Notes under the pieces: generated by a model
Databases searched by the model: none
The model's input: only the letters and a program-made list of their open reading frames with translations
What the model was told of the DNA's origin: nothing
Assembly (NCBI RefSeq): GCF_018977255.1
Contig: NW_024704743.1
Coordinates: 31,746,001 to 31,810,000 of the forward strand
DNA: 64,000 nt
Direction of reading: 5' to 3'
Source: Callorhinchus milii
Taxonomy: Eukaryota
Program-made: the position numbers and the translations under genes
Shown here: positions 37,873 through 49,697 of the stretch, in pieces
How the letters are laid out: every line of letters begins with the position of its first letter
How positions within the stretch are numbered: position 1 is the first letter of the stretch

Positions 37873-38253
37873 GGAATCCTGCAGGGTATTGGTTAGAGCA
37901 CTCGCCTTGCAAGCGAAAGAACTTGGGTTTCATTCCCTGGCAGGGCGAAATGTTGGGCAAGTATCCTTACTCCACCCATCTCTGTTAATCTGGCAGTAAG
38001 TAGGAACCCGGTTTTAAGTCGATTGGCGGATCATTTATCCGGGAGTAATAATCCCTCAAAAAAAATAATGAATAATAATAATTAGGTCACTCAATCCAAA
38101 CCTGTTTGTGGGACACTGCTGTGTGCAATTGGCTGCTCATATCGCCCACAAAATTTATTAGTCAATTCACTTTATAGTATGTTCTGTGAAGCGCTTTGAG
38201 ACGTTCAAAGACATGATAAGGCACTATATCAAATGCAAGGATTATTATTATTA
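37873..38253 (+). mobile_element. Full-length tRNA-derived SINE, long subfamily
   Basis: Head with cgccttgcaagcg arm, internal module and (TTA)n tail. Confidence 0.92.
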
Positions 38254-39154
38254 ATTTATATTCAGTACTATTCACTTTGCCTTCTATTAGCTTTCTTAAG
38301 TGTTTGTTAAATATGCACAGGAATTAAACGCGGCAATGGGCATTTGCACATGATTAACCCAATTTGGAAAATAATCCTCAATTGGCCTCCTTTTATTCAG
38401 AGAATGATTTCCAAATTCTCCCCAGTGTTTGGAGCTGATATTTTGTGCAGGTTTAAATTGTCCTTACTCACTGAGTCCAGATGAAGTTGAACTATTCACT
38501 AACTCGTTCTGCAAGGGCACCCCTTTTTGGATCGGTTTTCAAACACCATCAGTATGAATCAGAGCTTGGGCTTCTCTAAAGGCACCACAAGCGTTATTTC
38601 ACATCTGACAGCAATTATAAGTTGTTTTAATATTAGATGCACATGATGCTTTGATATGCATGTCCTCCTGGTACAGAATTACATTGTCAATATGACATTA
38701 GAGCATCTGCTGACATTGAATGTGGCATTGCACCCATTGTCTGATTCACAGACTCGCTCACCGGTGTGCATGTGTGGATTAATGTTTCAGGGTTTGTATA
38801 TGTATAGATGGACTTGTATTTAGTCAACAGCAACAGCTCTCTGTTTATTTGTTTGTTTATTTATTAAACATATTTATACCAGATATCCCAGTTATGCTGA
38901 AAGTTTGTTTACAGTGAGTGCCTGCACATTCTCTCTTATGAAATAGTTTAGGGCTTGAACAATTTCAATGTGGATAGATTCATGTAGCTGTTTAACGCTA
39001 GTGTTTTGGCACTTTCTGGCCAATATAGATGAGTACTGAGAATGAATGTTCAGTCCAAACCAGCCCATGTTAGGGTAAATGTTAACCCTTTGGAAAATAT
39101 ATCTTTTGACCTAATTCCTTTTCTTAAAAGAAATATCACTGGGTGAGTATTGAG

Positions 39155-40035
39155 TCATGGCATAACTCAGTTGATAATACTCCTGCCCCTGAGTTGGATG
39201 TTGTGGGTTCAAGACGCATTTTGGGACTTTGAGCTAATAATCTAGGCTGACATTCCAGTGCTGCTAGGGTGGGTGGGGATGTGTTGCCTTGTTGGAGGTG
39301 ACATCCATTGGCTGTCTGTTTGTTCAGATGGATAGACATTAAATGTTCCATGGCACTATTGGAAGGAGATGGCAGTTTTTTACCCCAATGTCCTGGCCAA
39401 CAATTCCACAGATAAAAAGTCATTCACTTCATGGCTCTTTGTCAAACATTGCTGTGTGAAAATTCGCTGCTGGTTTAACCTACAAAATGCACAGTCACTA
39501 CACTTAAAGTAGAACTTTGCAGCTCATGTCCTCTCCCACACCAGGCTCTGGGAAGCTATCACCCTCTATTCTTGCCTGGCTTCAATGGCTCTCCATTCCT
39601 CAGAGAATCGCGTACAAAACTCTCGTTCTTACTTTCAGTGCCTTCACGCCTTGCTCCTGCTTACTTTTCTGACATAATAACCTCATATCAGCCTGTCCAC
39701 TCCCTCTGCTTGGTGAACACAAGCCTGCTTCAGGTCCCCCGCATTTCCCGCCCCATCATTGATGGTCAGGCATTCAATATCTCTACCCCCACACTCTGGA
39801 ACTCTAACCCCCAATCCATCCCATCCCCACCCCGTCTTCCCTTTCTCCCCTTCTGTCCCCAAATCCCAGCTCTGGTCCAAAACCTCTGATTGTCCAGCAC
39901 CCTGGGACGTCTTTCTGATTTGAAGGATGCTATACAAGTGTAATTTGTTGTTGTTGGTGTTGTTAAAATAAACTCCGTGAAGTGATTTAAAATGTTTTGA
40001 TATGATAAGAGGCTATATCAAATATATAAGGATTT
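39155..40035 (+). mobile_element. Deu-type SINE interrupted by a same-strand older L2 3' fragment (about 39515-39963)
   Basis: aactcagttg..gttgtgggttcaag..taggctgacattccagtg..cagtcactacactt, then L2 (cttcaatggctctccattcc..ctctggaactct..ttgttgttg), then ccgtgaagtg..gctatatcaaat. Confidence 0.78.
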
Positions 40036-40149
40036 AATACAAGGATTCAGGCTTTCCTGATCAAAGTGTGACAGTGCACACTTCTTTGACCAAAGTGTAT
40101 TTTTTTAGCCCTCATCAAAGTTAACCTTCCACATTTAAATAAATAATAA

Positions 40150-40513
40150 ATAAATAATCCTTGCATTTGATATAGCACATTCTCATGTCTTCGAGGCACC
40201 TCACGGCGCTTCACAGGATATACTGTAAAGTGAACTGACTGTATATTTTGTGGGCGAAACACAGAAGCCAATTGCACACAGCACTGTCCCACAAACAATT
40301 GTGGATCGAGTGACCAAATAATTTTGTTTAAAAGGGATTATTTTTAACCCCGGAAAAGCTGATCCACCAATCAACTAAAGCCTAGGTTCCTACTTACTGC
40401 AAGGTAAACAGAGGCATGTGGGGTAAGGAAACTTACCTAACGTTTTGCCCTGCCCAGGAAGCAAACCCAGGTCCTCTCGCTTGCGAGGCGAGAGTTCTAA
40501 CCACTGAGAGCTC
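40150..40513 (-). mobile_element. Full-length tRNA-derived SINE, long subfamily
   Basis: Reverse complement of the 37873 type. Confidence 0.92.
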
Positions 40514-41479
40514 AGTGATGTTGGGAGCGACTGCTCAGAAGAGGAAAAGGTGCAGTGAAACTCAGAATTCATTCAACGGAAAGCCAGCATTTTAGTAATT
40601 TGGTGTTGGTCTACAGCTAGGAATGTGTTTGTGGATAAACACCTCAGCATGAGGGTTCTGGGGTGCCAGGCCTGCAAACAAGCAATAGTATTTTGCTATG
40701 CAAATGAAAAGTGAAAACAGTGTTGTGACTACAAAAAAAACAAAGACTCTTCATCACATAAATGAAAGCTTTCCACAGGGATGTTGATATCTTTTTAGTC
40801 AGAAGGTAATCAGTCACAGGTAAGTAACAGGCAATCCATAACTGTAATGGATCAAGCTATGTTCAAGGTGCTCCACATAAGTCTGCCGCACAGGTTAGAG
40901 TAATGTCCTAATTGTATACTCAAAGCTGCTTTATACTATACTGAATAAAACAACCTTCATTTTGTTTTCAATTTCAAATAGCTATATTGCAGATAGCATG
41001 ACATTTGCAGCAAGAACAAACTCGTTAAGAAGCTGACTGGAAATATTACCCTAACATGCTTAGTCAAAGCCTCAGAGGCACTGACTGAGATGTACAGTAA
41101 TACTTTATTTGAATGTACGTGAAAAAGAATGCTAGTACATTTTAAGAAAATTCTGACCAAGGATCAGACATAATATCCTCAATAGCCGGTACAATAGCCA
41201 AAAAATCTGCATCATTCTATGAAATTACATTATTTGTGTTTTCAGATGGTGATTGACTTGCTGTGAATTTCAGAATATTTGCAATGCTGAAATGTGGAGC
41301 TGAACCTGATACTGATTTTGCCTCTAACCTGAAAGAGGGAGCAATTGTTATAGCAGTTCAGATTTGGCCTGGATTTGCAGTCCATTGGAGGTCAATCACT
41401 CACCCCCATGTTAACTTTGTGTTAATTGGTAGCTCACAATATCTTGACTTTTATGTTGTTGTTTAAGGTAAGCGTATGA

Positions 41480-42130
41480 GATAGCAAGGCAAGCAACTTT
41501 CAGAATAGAGCTGCAGAGGATAGAAGCCCTACATAGTGCCTGAAACCTCAGATGTCTATGGAGGAGCAAAGAAAAGGAGGAATAAGCATTAGAGAACTGG
41601 AGAGTATGGGCTGGAATATAGGCCTGGAGAAGTTTGGCATACGTAGGATGAGCCAAGACTATGAAAGGATTTGAAGACTAGAAAAAGGATCTTAAACCCA
41701 ATCTTCTGTGCTGCTTTTGGGCATCTTTGCCGTCCCCACCCTCCTCAGCTCCAAATTCACAAACGTAAATTGTGCTGTATTGAGAAGCAATGCGACTTTG
41801 CAAGGACGGGAACAATGGGTGAGTGGAAACTTATGCGGGAGAGAATTTAAGATAAAATTTTGATTCAGGTTGAAGCCCATTGGAGAAGCTTCTGGAGAGT
41901 GTCACTGGAGTGTTAAGGTATAGGGAGATGTGGCGAGTACATGTGGTGTATTGTCAGGGATGCAGTGAACGCAGATAGCTTCGACTATCAGAAAGACCTG
42001 AAATACAATAGATTACAAAATTTCATGAGTGGAGGCCGTCCCAAAGCACTGATAATAACATAGATAATCGATGGTGAAGAGAAATAGTGAGCAGTAGAAA
42101 AAGAGAAAATGGAATCGGTCAGATGGATCA
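41480..42130 (-). mobile_element. Highly decayed L2 fragments
   Basis: ORF 41411..41656 AHPTYAKLLQAYIPAHTLQ resembles L2 [20 protein letters not shown]; purine-rich pre-RT-like sequence lies downstream. Confidence 0.5.
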
Positions 42131-42327
42131 TACCAGTATTTTTAATATTTATACGTTCCTATGTTTGTATCTCCTTCAGAGGGAAGAATGGATGTGGGAG
42201 TCAGAAACATAATCCCCTCCTCCCACATGCATGCACGGTCAATCCATAGTTTACTCACATTTGGACTGAAATTACATGTAGCACCTATGGCAATGTCAGT
42301 CACTAAAGGGATTTCCCCACTTTCAAT

Positions 42328-42517
42328 TAATAATAATCCTTGCATTTGATATAATGCATTATCACGTCATCTCAATGGCTTCACAGGATTTATAATAAAA
42401 AACAGTGATTGTGGAGTCCTGTAGCTTAGTGGTTAATGAACACTGGCCTTGCAAGCAAGAGGACCTGGGTTTGATTCCCGGGCAGGGCGAAACGTTGGGC
42501 AAGTTTCCTTACTCCCC
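42328..42517. mobile_element. SINE tail (-, 42328-42410) abutting a SINE head (+, 42413-42517)
   Basis: taataataatccttgcatttgatat..; ggagtcctgtagcttagtgg..gttgggcaagtttccttactcc. Confidence 0.85.
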
Positions 42518-43030
42518 AAGCTCTCTACTCTGACATGGAGATCATCTCAATGCAAAGTCATGCAGGCTGGCGTGACGCATTGAGTATTCTTGTGTGAGAT
42601 ACACTTTACATTCCGAAGTATTTCTTTTGTAGGGCTTGTGCTACTTGCGCTGTATTTTTCATGTTCAAGCACTTTCTCAGCTCCTTTATCTCAGAAGCAC
42701 TCGAATGGATTAACAAGTGGTTCAAACAGACGATCTGAAAAGAGAATAAGTATGAATTGTTCCCCTATTGATCAGGACAGAAAAGGCAGACCAATTCCTC
42801 TTTGAAAACAAAGGAACTTCCTGGAACTGTTGCTAGCCCACTTTACCTCACTGACATGTTTAGCCTTTCAGAGTACTTTATTAAATGGCAAAATTCCTTT
42901 CTCCTTTCACTTACACGGAGACTGCTCGAATGGCCTGATCCTCAAGTTTCTCTTTAAAGCACGTTATTGTTCTGTAAGAAAAAGAAAGCTCTCTTAATAC
43001 GTTTAAAATTAAAAACAAAAACCTTCTTAC

Positions 43031-43079
43031 CTGCAGCTGGTCTCCCAATCTCAGCAGGAGTTTCTACTGATTTCAGAAG
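43031..43079 (-). other. Candidate 49-nt exon (minus strand)
   Basis: ttaactcgtcttttcAG | LLKSVETPAEIGRPAA | CAG/GTAAGA. Confidence 0.25.
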
Positions 43080-43203
43080 CTGAAAAGACGAGTTAACTTG
43101 TTATTACAGTAATAAGTCGTGGCAGTTTCTGGCTACATGCTAAGTGTGCAAAGGTCCATCATATTACAGTACATGGAACCGCTCTTATTACTGTATTTAT
43201 AGA

Positions 43204-43440
43204 TAATAATCCTTACATTTAACATAACACCCATGACATTGAAAAGTCTTAAAGTGCTTCACAGGCAATTATTGTCACGTTTGGTGACTGTATATTTTAC
43301 AGAAGAGCGGGTCCTAAAATCTCCCATTGAAGTGAATGACCAATTTATCTGGAGGGTTGTTGACCAGTGCACCATTGGCTTCGAACCTACAAATTTCTGA
43401 CTCAGAGGCAAAAATGTTACCAATCCAGCCAAGTTGACAC
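43204..43440 (-). mobile_element. Internally deleted Deu-type SINE
   Basis: ataataatccttacattt..gaatgaccaattt..ttcgaacctacaaatttctgactcagaggc..agccaagttgacac. Confidence 0.7.
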
Positions 43441-44896
43441 TTGCCAGGTTGCCACTGGAGACAGCCCCAAATTCAGGGCCAATGTTCCTGTGGAGGCACC
43501 CTGACCCACCTAAAGAACTGTAAAGCAGTGCTGTTTGAAGTGATATGAAGGTTCGCCACTGGTAGGATAAGCTGCCGCTAATCATGGCAGGGTGCGCTAT
43601 CAGTTTGTGTGTATCACTAGCCTGTTCCAGAGATCTGGGATGGCCCAAAGGCAGGCAATGAAGATCACCATTCTGAAACGGTTTTGTTGCCACTATTGTG
43701 GAATACAGCATAAATGGGGAAAATCACACAGTGCACGCCTTATTTTACACTGAGGTGAAATTTGCAAAGCTTTGCAATACATTTGATATTCAGTATTATA
43801 GCATTGAACACATTAGAAACAACACACATATCACCCCACTATTACAGAGCTTGTTTTAGTTAAAACATCTCTGTCATATAAGCCTGACAGTAGCCACTGA
43901 ATGATACTTCAGTCTTGACAAATAATAGAATTCACAGTGCTTAAAACCAGTTAGTGGATTTCTCTGTTCCACATGCATCAAGTCGTCAATTTGTTGGTGT
44001 GGGCTAAGTACTGTTTTGCTCCATTTTGTTTACACATATGTCCTTATAAATAGATAAAATTTTGAATTATAAATAACAGAACATTATAAATGCAAAATTA
44101 AATGATACTTTGGAAATTGTTATTAAATTTATTATTTTCTTTAAATAAGTGCTGAGGGAGAAACTGACTAAAGTTACCGAATGGAGCAATAACTGTTTAG
44201 ACCATAATAAATTGGGTACATGTAGTAGATTAATCCCTATGATTTTTAAGGTTGAGCAAACTATTAGCTCACTATACTTTTCATTCTCTGGCCTCTGTGC
44301 TGTGGGTGGTGACCGGGAGGGCCTGCCCTCTGCCCACAGCACATTGAGCAGCTGCTAGAAGGGTGTGCAAGAGCAGCAGGATGAATGTGTGTGCCTGTGA
44401 GGTTCCCAGAGTCTGTCCCTTGCTCAGAGATTCAGCACAGCAGTGCGACAGATCAGAACTTTGGATCTTTGAGAAATGATGGTCTTGACCTCATGCAGCA
44501 GCACCATTCAATGCTAAGTAATGGCATTCCGACACGCTATGCCAGCCTGCTACTGTCTGCGCCACAATTATTTCGGTGGAAACCCCCAAGGATGTGTTTC
44601 TAAGAATTTGTTTCAGATGCCAGGCTCTGCAGGATTTTTAATATAGAGAGATTTTCCATATTTCCACTGACTCTGCAAACGGTATATCGGGGGCGGGGTC
44701 CCAGTTTCCTATACTGTCTTTGATCTTAAAGTGACCAATTTGTTTCTACAACGTAAATCATAAATTATATTGTGATATTGAAACAGTTATTGAAAATGAG
44801 TTTGGTTTACTTGCCATACACACAGAATGAATTTATATGAGATCTAAGATTAAAGCACCTTATTACCTTACATTTTTCATCAAATAGCTAAGCACA

Positions 44897-45253
44897 ATAA
44901 CAATAATCCTTGCATTTGATATAGTGCCTTATCACATCTTCGAGACGTCTCAAAGCGTTTCACAGAATATACTGTAAATTGAATTAACTTTTTTGTGGGC
45001 GAAATGCAGCATCCATTGCGCACAGCAGTCTTCCACAAACAGTTGTGGATCAAAGTGACCAATTTTTTTTAAGGAATTATTACCCCCAGAAAAGTAATCC
45101 GCCAATTGACTAACAACTGGGTTCCTACTTACTGCTCGGTAAACAAAGGCATGTGGAGTAAGGAAACTTGCTCAACATTTCACCCTGTCGAGAATCGAAC
45201 CCAGGTGTCTCGCTTGCGAGGCGAGCGCTCTAACCACTGAGCTACAGGACTCC
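44897..45253 (-). mobile_element. Full-length tRNA-derived SINE, long subfamily
   Basis: Ends ctaaccactgagctacaggactcc; internal module present. Confidence 0.93.
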
Positions 45254-46149
45254 ACGACACCTTATTGTACACTAAACTCCGTCTCCAACCAGTATGAATG
45301 TTGTTTTTCTGAGTACTTCTCCTGCGTCTTTCCAGATAAACTAGTTTTTGAATACCAAATTTGTCCTACTGTGCAAACTCCTCCTTATGTACATAAAAAC
45401 AATGTGAAAAATCAGCTCTGTACTTAGTAAAAGAGCTAAAACATTGTATCTTTGTGCATACAATAACAAAGAGTTGGCAGCCAGCTCAAAGCCATAATTC
45501 AACCTTCTGTTCTGTTGACATTCAGGAACCGATCTTGCGGTTTATGAGCTCATCAGAAGCTTTCAAGTGAATTACTGCTTTGTAACCATCCGAGGCCCCA
45601 CATTTCTCATGGTTTTAGCCCTAAGACCATTGCCTTAAAATTTAAGTTTGGGCAGAATTTTTGGATAATTCTTAAATTTACCTTCAGTTTGGAAACAGGT
45701 TTTCTCACATTTCTTTTTAAGATAATGTCTTTTTCTTTGCAGTTATCAAGAACCGTGATTAAAACTAGAAGTAAGATTGTTGCAAATCACTGCATGACCT
45801 TAAATTCTAAGACAATTATTAATTATCATGAATAATAATACTATTTGATTTCGTACCTTTCACCTTTCACTAAGTGCTTCACAAGATTTAATGTGAAGTT
45901 AGTCACTGTGTATATTGTTGGCAAATTAGCTTATGTAGGCTAAAGCCACATGGAATTTCAGGCCAATGGGATCTCAAATAAAGATTCAGACCGACCGTGG
46001 ACTAACTGAAGTCAACACAAACATTCTGTAACAGACAAACATGAATTGCTCACAGGAAGGAATGGAGGAAATGATAATCTTCAATTGTAAACAATTCAAA
46101 ATAATTTCTAGTAATCGTGCTTTGCTGATGTCACTATTGATGTCATGGT

Positions 46150-46780
46150 CCTGGCAACGTGTTCCAGTCTTAGATTACCCTCGGCACAAATAAAAACTTC
46201 CTGGTACCTGTCCTGAAATTGGCCTTTGCAACTCTAAATAATTCCTTTTGTTCTGCTGTCATGATGCATCCTAAAGTAATGATCTGAGTTTACTTTTCAA
46301 TGCCATTTAAAATTCTTTACACCTCTATGAGGTCACCTCTGAGCCGTCTGCTCTCAGGAATGAAGAGCCCTATCTTAAAGAAAAGTCTTTAAGACTTTAA
46401 GGTAGGGACGGAGAGAACGAGGCAGAGGAGAACTATTAAACGTTTGACACCCTTTTCAGGCTTCAATTCCAGTACCACTCCTCCAAATCTCTGCAGACCC
46501 AACTCTTTCCAGTCTGTGCAGTCAGGAAGTTCAGGAAACGTCCTCCTCTGTGTGGTGGTCGATGCAGGATCCAATATTAGCTTTCCAGAGGGAACTAGAT
46601 AGATATCTGAAAAGATATTATTATTATTAAGATATTATTATTATTATATCTGAAAAGGAGTAATTGCAAGGAGTATGGTGGAAAAGGCAGGTAAATGGGA
46701 CTGAGTGGATTGTCCTTCTAAAGAACTAGCACAAAACACAATGTGCCGAACGACCCTATTCTGTACTGTAAAGTTCTGTG
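46150..46780. mobile_element. Old CR1 fragments (- 46150-46375; + 46565-46780)
   Basis: acttcctggtacctgtcctgaaatt..acctctatgaggtcacctct; gggaactagatagatatct..gccgaacgacc. Confidence 0.65.
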
Positions 46781-47434
46781 GTTCTCTAATATTGGTTGTT
46801 TTTTTTCAAAAGCCTATTTGTGAGAAAATTCCAATGGTAAATTATGTGGTAAATTATTGTGCAATTTATCTTGAGGGCTCGTAAATTAGCTGAAATGATC
46901 ATAAAAATAGTCCATCAATAATTCACATGAGAACCTTTCAGGCAATCATAAATTGTAGGTGTGGATTTATAAATCATCCTCCTCCCATTCCTGACATACA
47001 TACAGTTGTGCATATCTATGATTTTGGAACAAAGTAGAAATTGAGTCTAGTTCCAATATCTGGAAATTTGCAGGAGTTAAAATTTTAGCTTTGGCTTGAT
47101 GTTTAGTGCTTTGGTAATCCAGGTGACCTCAATAACTGAGTGCATTGTAAATAGGCTAGTGCTCTGAATGGCTAACAGACATTCAAAGTAATTAAACAGA
47201 GGAGATGATGGATTGAAAGGAATCCATTTTCCATTAGTTTTACAGTTGTTTTCTTTTAATAGCAAAAGTTGGATAAAGGGAATCATTTCTTACAGAGTTG
47301 TCCCAACAAAGAGTTATGGGTTAGAACTCTGAAGTAAATATGAACATAAGGTAATTCAATTTGATCCACAAAAGCTACAACTACAACAATTCATGTACAG
47401 TAGTATCTTTTACATTGAAAGGAAGTTTTAAGGT

Positions 47435-47525
47435 TGGCATTTCCATGTGTAGATGGCATCGATGGAACTCTCAGCATGGGGATGGGTTTCTCCGTACGTC
47501 AGACACCCGGTTGACCAAAACAAAA
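47435..47525 (+). repeat. Family X repeat 3' end
   Basis: gcatggggatgggtttctccgtacgtcagacacccggttgaccaaaacaaaa. Confidence 0.75.
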
Positions 47526-48571
47526 TAAGATGCTTCAACCAATTATCATTCTTTGAATAAAAAAGTTCTTCATGATCCTGGATTTTTGCATGTATTCTTA
47601 CTCTAGATGGGGTAGTGCTTGCAGGTTAACCTGTCAGCTACATTTAGCCATTCCTTCGCTCTCTGGTGGCCTTCAATCCTCACATGTTAAAGTAACGTTG
47701 ACAGAAACATTCACTTGTAAAGTGCCTAGTAACGGCACTGATTTTAGAAACTGTGTTATGGGGAGAGTGGGGAGGGGGGAGGGGAACAGCTTATGTGAGA
47801 CGTGGGACAGATTAAGTCAAGTGATGATATTAAATTAAAAAAAATTAGTGTACAAGCAATAGATCTGCTTTCGTGCTCCAATTACTGCCACCAGCAGTGT
47901 TTGTTTAATAGAGACATTTGCACCTAACTACCAGTTGGCAGGTGTTAACACTCCAGCATTCAGCAATACCACATGCTGAGGATTCTGGGACTCCTGCCAA
48001 ACTCTCTGGCCTGTATCCGAAAACAGTTGCTCAACAATAAGGAGGTGTTTGCGAGCTCTTGATCCTGAAAATATTTTAGTATCGTCCCTCACATTCTCTC
48101 CCACGTTACTTTCTCTCTCTCTCTCTCTAAAAATCAAGATTCCTTTTGCATGATTTGTAAAATATCTTATTTTATCTGCTAGCCGAGGCATGCTGCACCT
48201 CCCAGGAGCAAACTTCAAAACGCTTTTGAGTTGCTGTTTGACAGATAACTGGCTCCATTAACGCAGCACTTTCAGGAGAGAAAGAGAGAGAGGGAAAAAC
48301 AGCAGTCACACTTGTTACCATGTTTAACTACAGTAAAGAGGCTGCTCCTCCACCAAACCATCAGCAGAGCATGACCGGAACTATCACTTCAATGAACAAG
48401 AAGGAATGTATGCATTTCATGGGACACTGAACTTGATGTCAAAACTAAATGTTTGGGGCCGCAAGAAAATTACTTTGTCTTTTGAAGATTCTTCGATCTT
48501 TTTGTCAATTCCCCCACCTCAGAGAGGCTTTGTGACACACAGGGTGTCATGTGAGTTTTCGTTGTTTATAG

Positions 48572-48735
48572 ATGCAAATTGATATAGAGAAAGTAAACTT
48601 TGTACAATACGTTCAGATACGTCAAGACAGCAGATCAAGAGAGCACAAGCTCAGGGTTGAGAAGCATAAGTTTAGGACAAATACAGGGGAGTATCTTTTT
48701 ACACAGAGGGCAACCAATAGCTGGAATGTGTTGTC
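48572..48735 (+). mobile_element. Old CR1 ORF2 C-terminal fragment
   Basis: ORF SRSREHKLRVEKHKFRT..LFTQRATNSWNVL matches the CR1 TRGH..FFTQRVVNVWNSL motif. Confidence 0.75.
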
Positions 48736-48741
48736 ACGATT

Positions 48742-49260
48742 TTCTTTTTGGTCAGCCAGGTATCTGACACATGCAGAAAACCCATCACCAGCTTAAGAGT
48801 ATCCAAACTAAGCTGAGAGTTTTGTATAAATAATTCACCTATATAATGAAATTTCCGTGTCTGGAATGAAATGTGTGCTTTTTTCCCTGAGGGATGCAGC
48901 CTGCTAACCTAATTCCAGAGAGTATTAAGCACAGGGTGGCCACAGCCAAGGCTTGGGGACCCCAGTATGTCCTTTGGGGTACTGCTGCAGTTTAACCAGC
49001 TAAAACCGCAAAGCAAGATTTATGCTGCTTCCCCATCTTGGATTACCCTACCTGTTAGGGCTTTGGCTTGCAGGGTTAATACGAGCCAGATGGGATGCAT
49101 CCCTGGCCCCAGAGACTGGTCTGCCTCTGAAAGTCATGTCAATAAGCTAGGCTCACTGGTCTGACATCAGGAGTGCCCAAGGGTGCTGAGGACCTGCTTG
49201 GCTCAAGAATCAGACTACTGAGGCCATCACAAAGGGTTAGCTCAACTGTGACACTTCATT
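48742..49260 (-). repeat. Family X repeat, long copy
   Basis: tttttggtcagccaggtatctgacacatgcagaaaacccatc..; collinear with 5420-5890. Confidence 0.82.
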
Positions 49261-49359
49261 GCCAAGTACGTCACCTTAGAGCCAGCTCTGCTTCAAGGAG
49301 ACCCTGCTCCCCCCCTCCCCCACAAACAACCCGCCGGAGAATAGTCACATCGCTCACAA

Positions 49360-49425
49360 AATAATAATAATCATAATAATCCTTGCATTTGATATAGCGA
49401 GCTAAACACCGAGCTACAGGACTCC
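49360..49425 (-). mobile_element. Mini-SINE (head fused to tail) nested in an older + strand SINE tail (about 49345-49530)
   Basis: The minus strand reads ggagtcctgtagctcggtgtttagct-cgctatatcaaatgcaaggattatt..; flanked by aaata on both sides. Confidence 0.85.
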
Positions 49426-49571
49426 AAATACACACAGTGTCACCATTTCAAAGTAAATCTTGTGAAGCCTTTGAGACATGTCGACGACATGATAAGGCGC
49501 TATATCAGATGCAAGGAGTATTATATCATTATTGCTGAGCAGGGTGTTATTATTATATATTCCAATATTAT

Positions 49572-49697
49572 TAACTGCTGCATTTCTCGCACAAAATACA
49601 GTCAATCCACTTTACGAAATATCCTGTGAAACACTTTGAGACATGTCGAAGACACGATAAGGTGCTATATTATATATATTATATATATTATAAGGAT
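49572..49697 (+). mobile_element. SINE 3' tail fragment with TA expansion
   Basis: ctgctgcatttctcgcacaaaatacagtcaatccacttt..gtgctatat. Confidence 0.75.

Noticed and set aside
43259..43711. 150-aa ORF on - strand
   Set aside because: About 40% of it overlaps a decayed SINE; no recognisable domain or convincing splice context.
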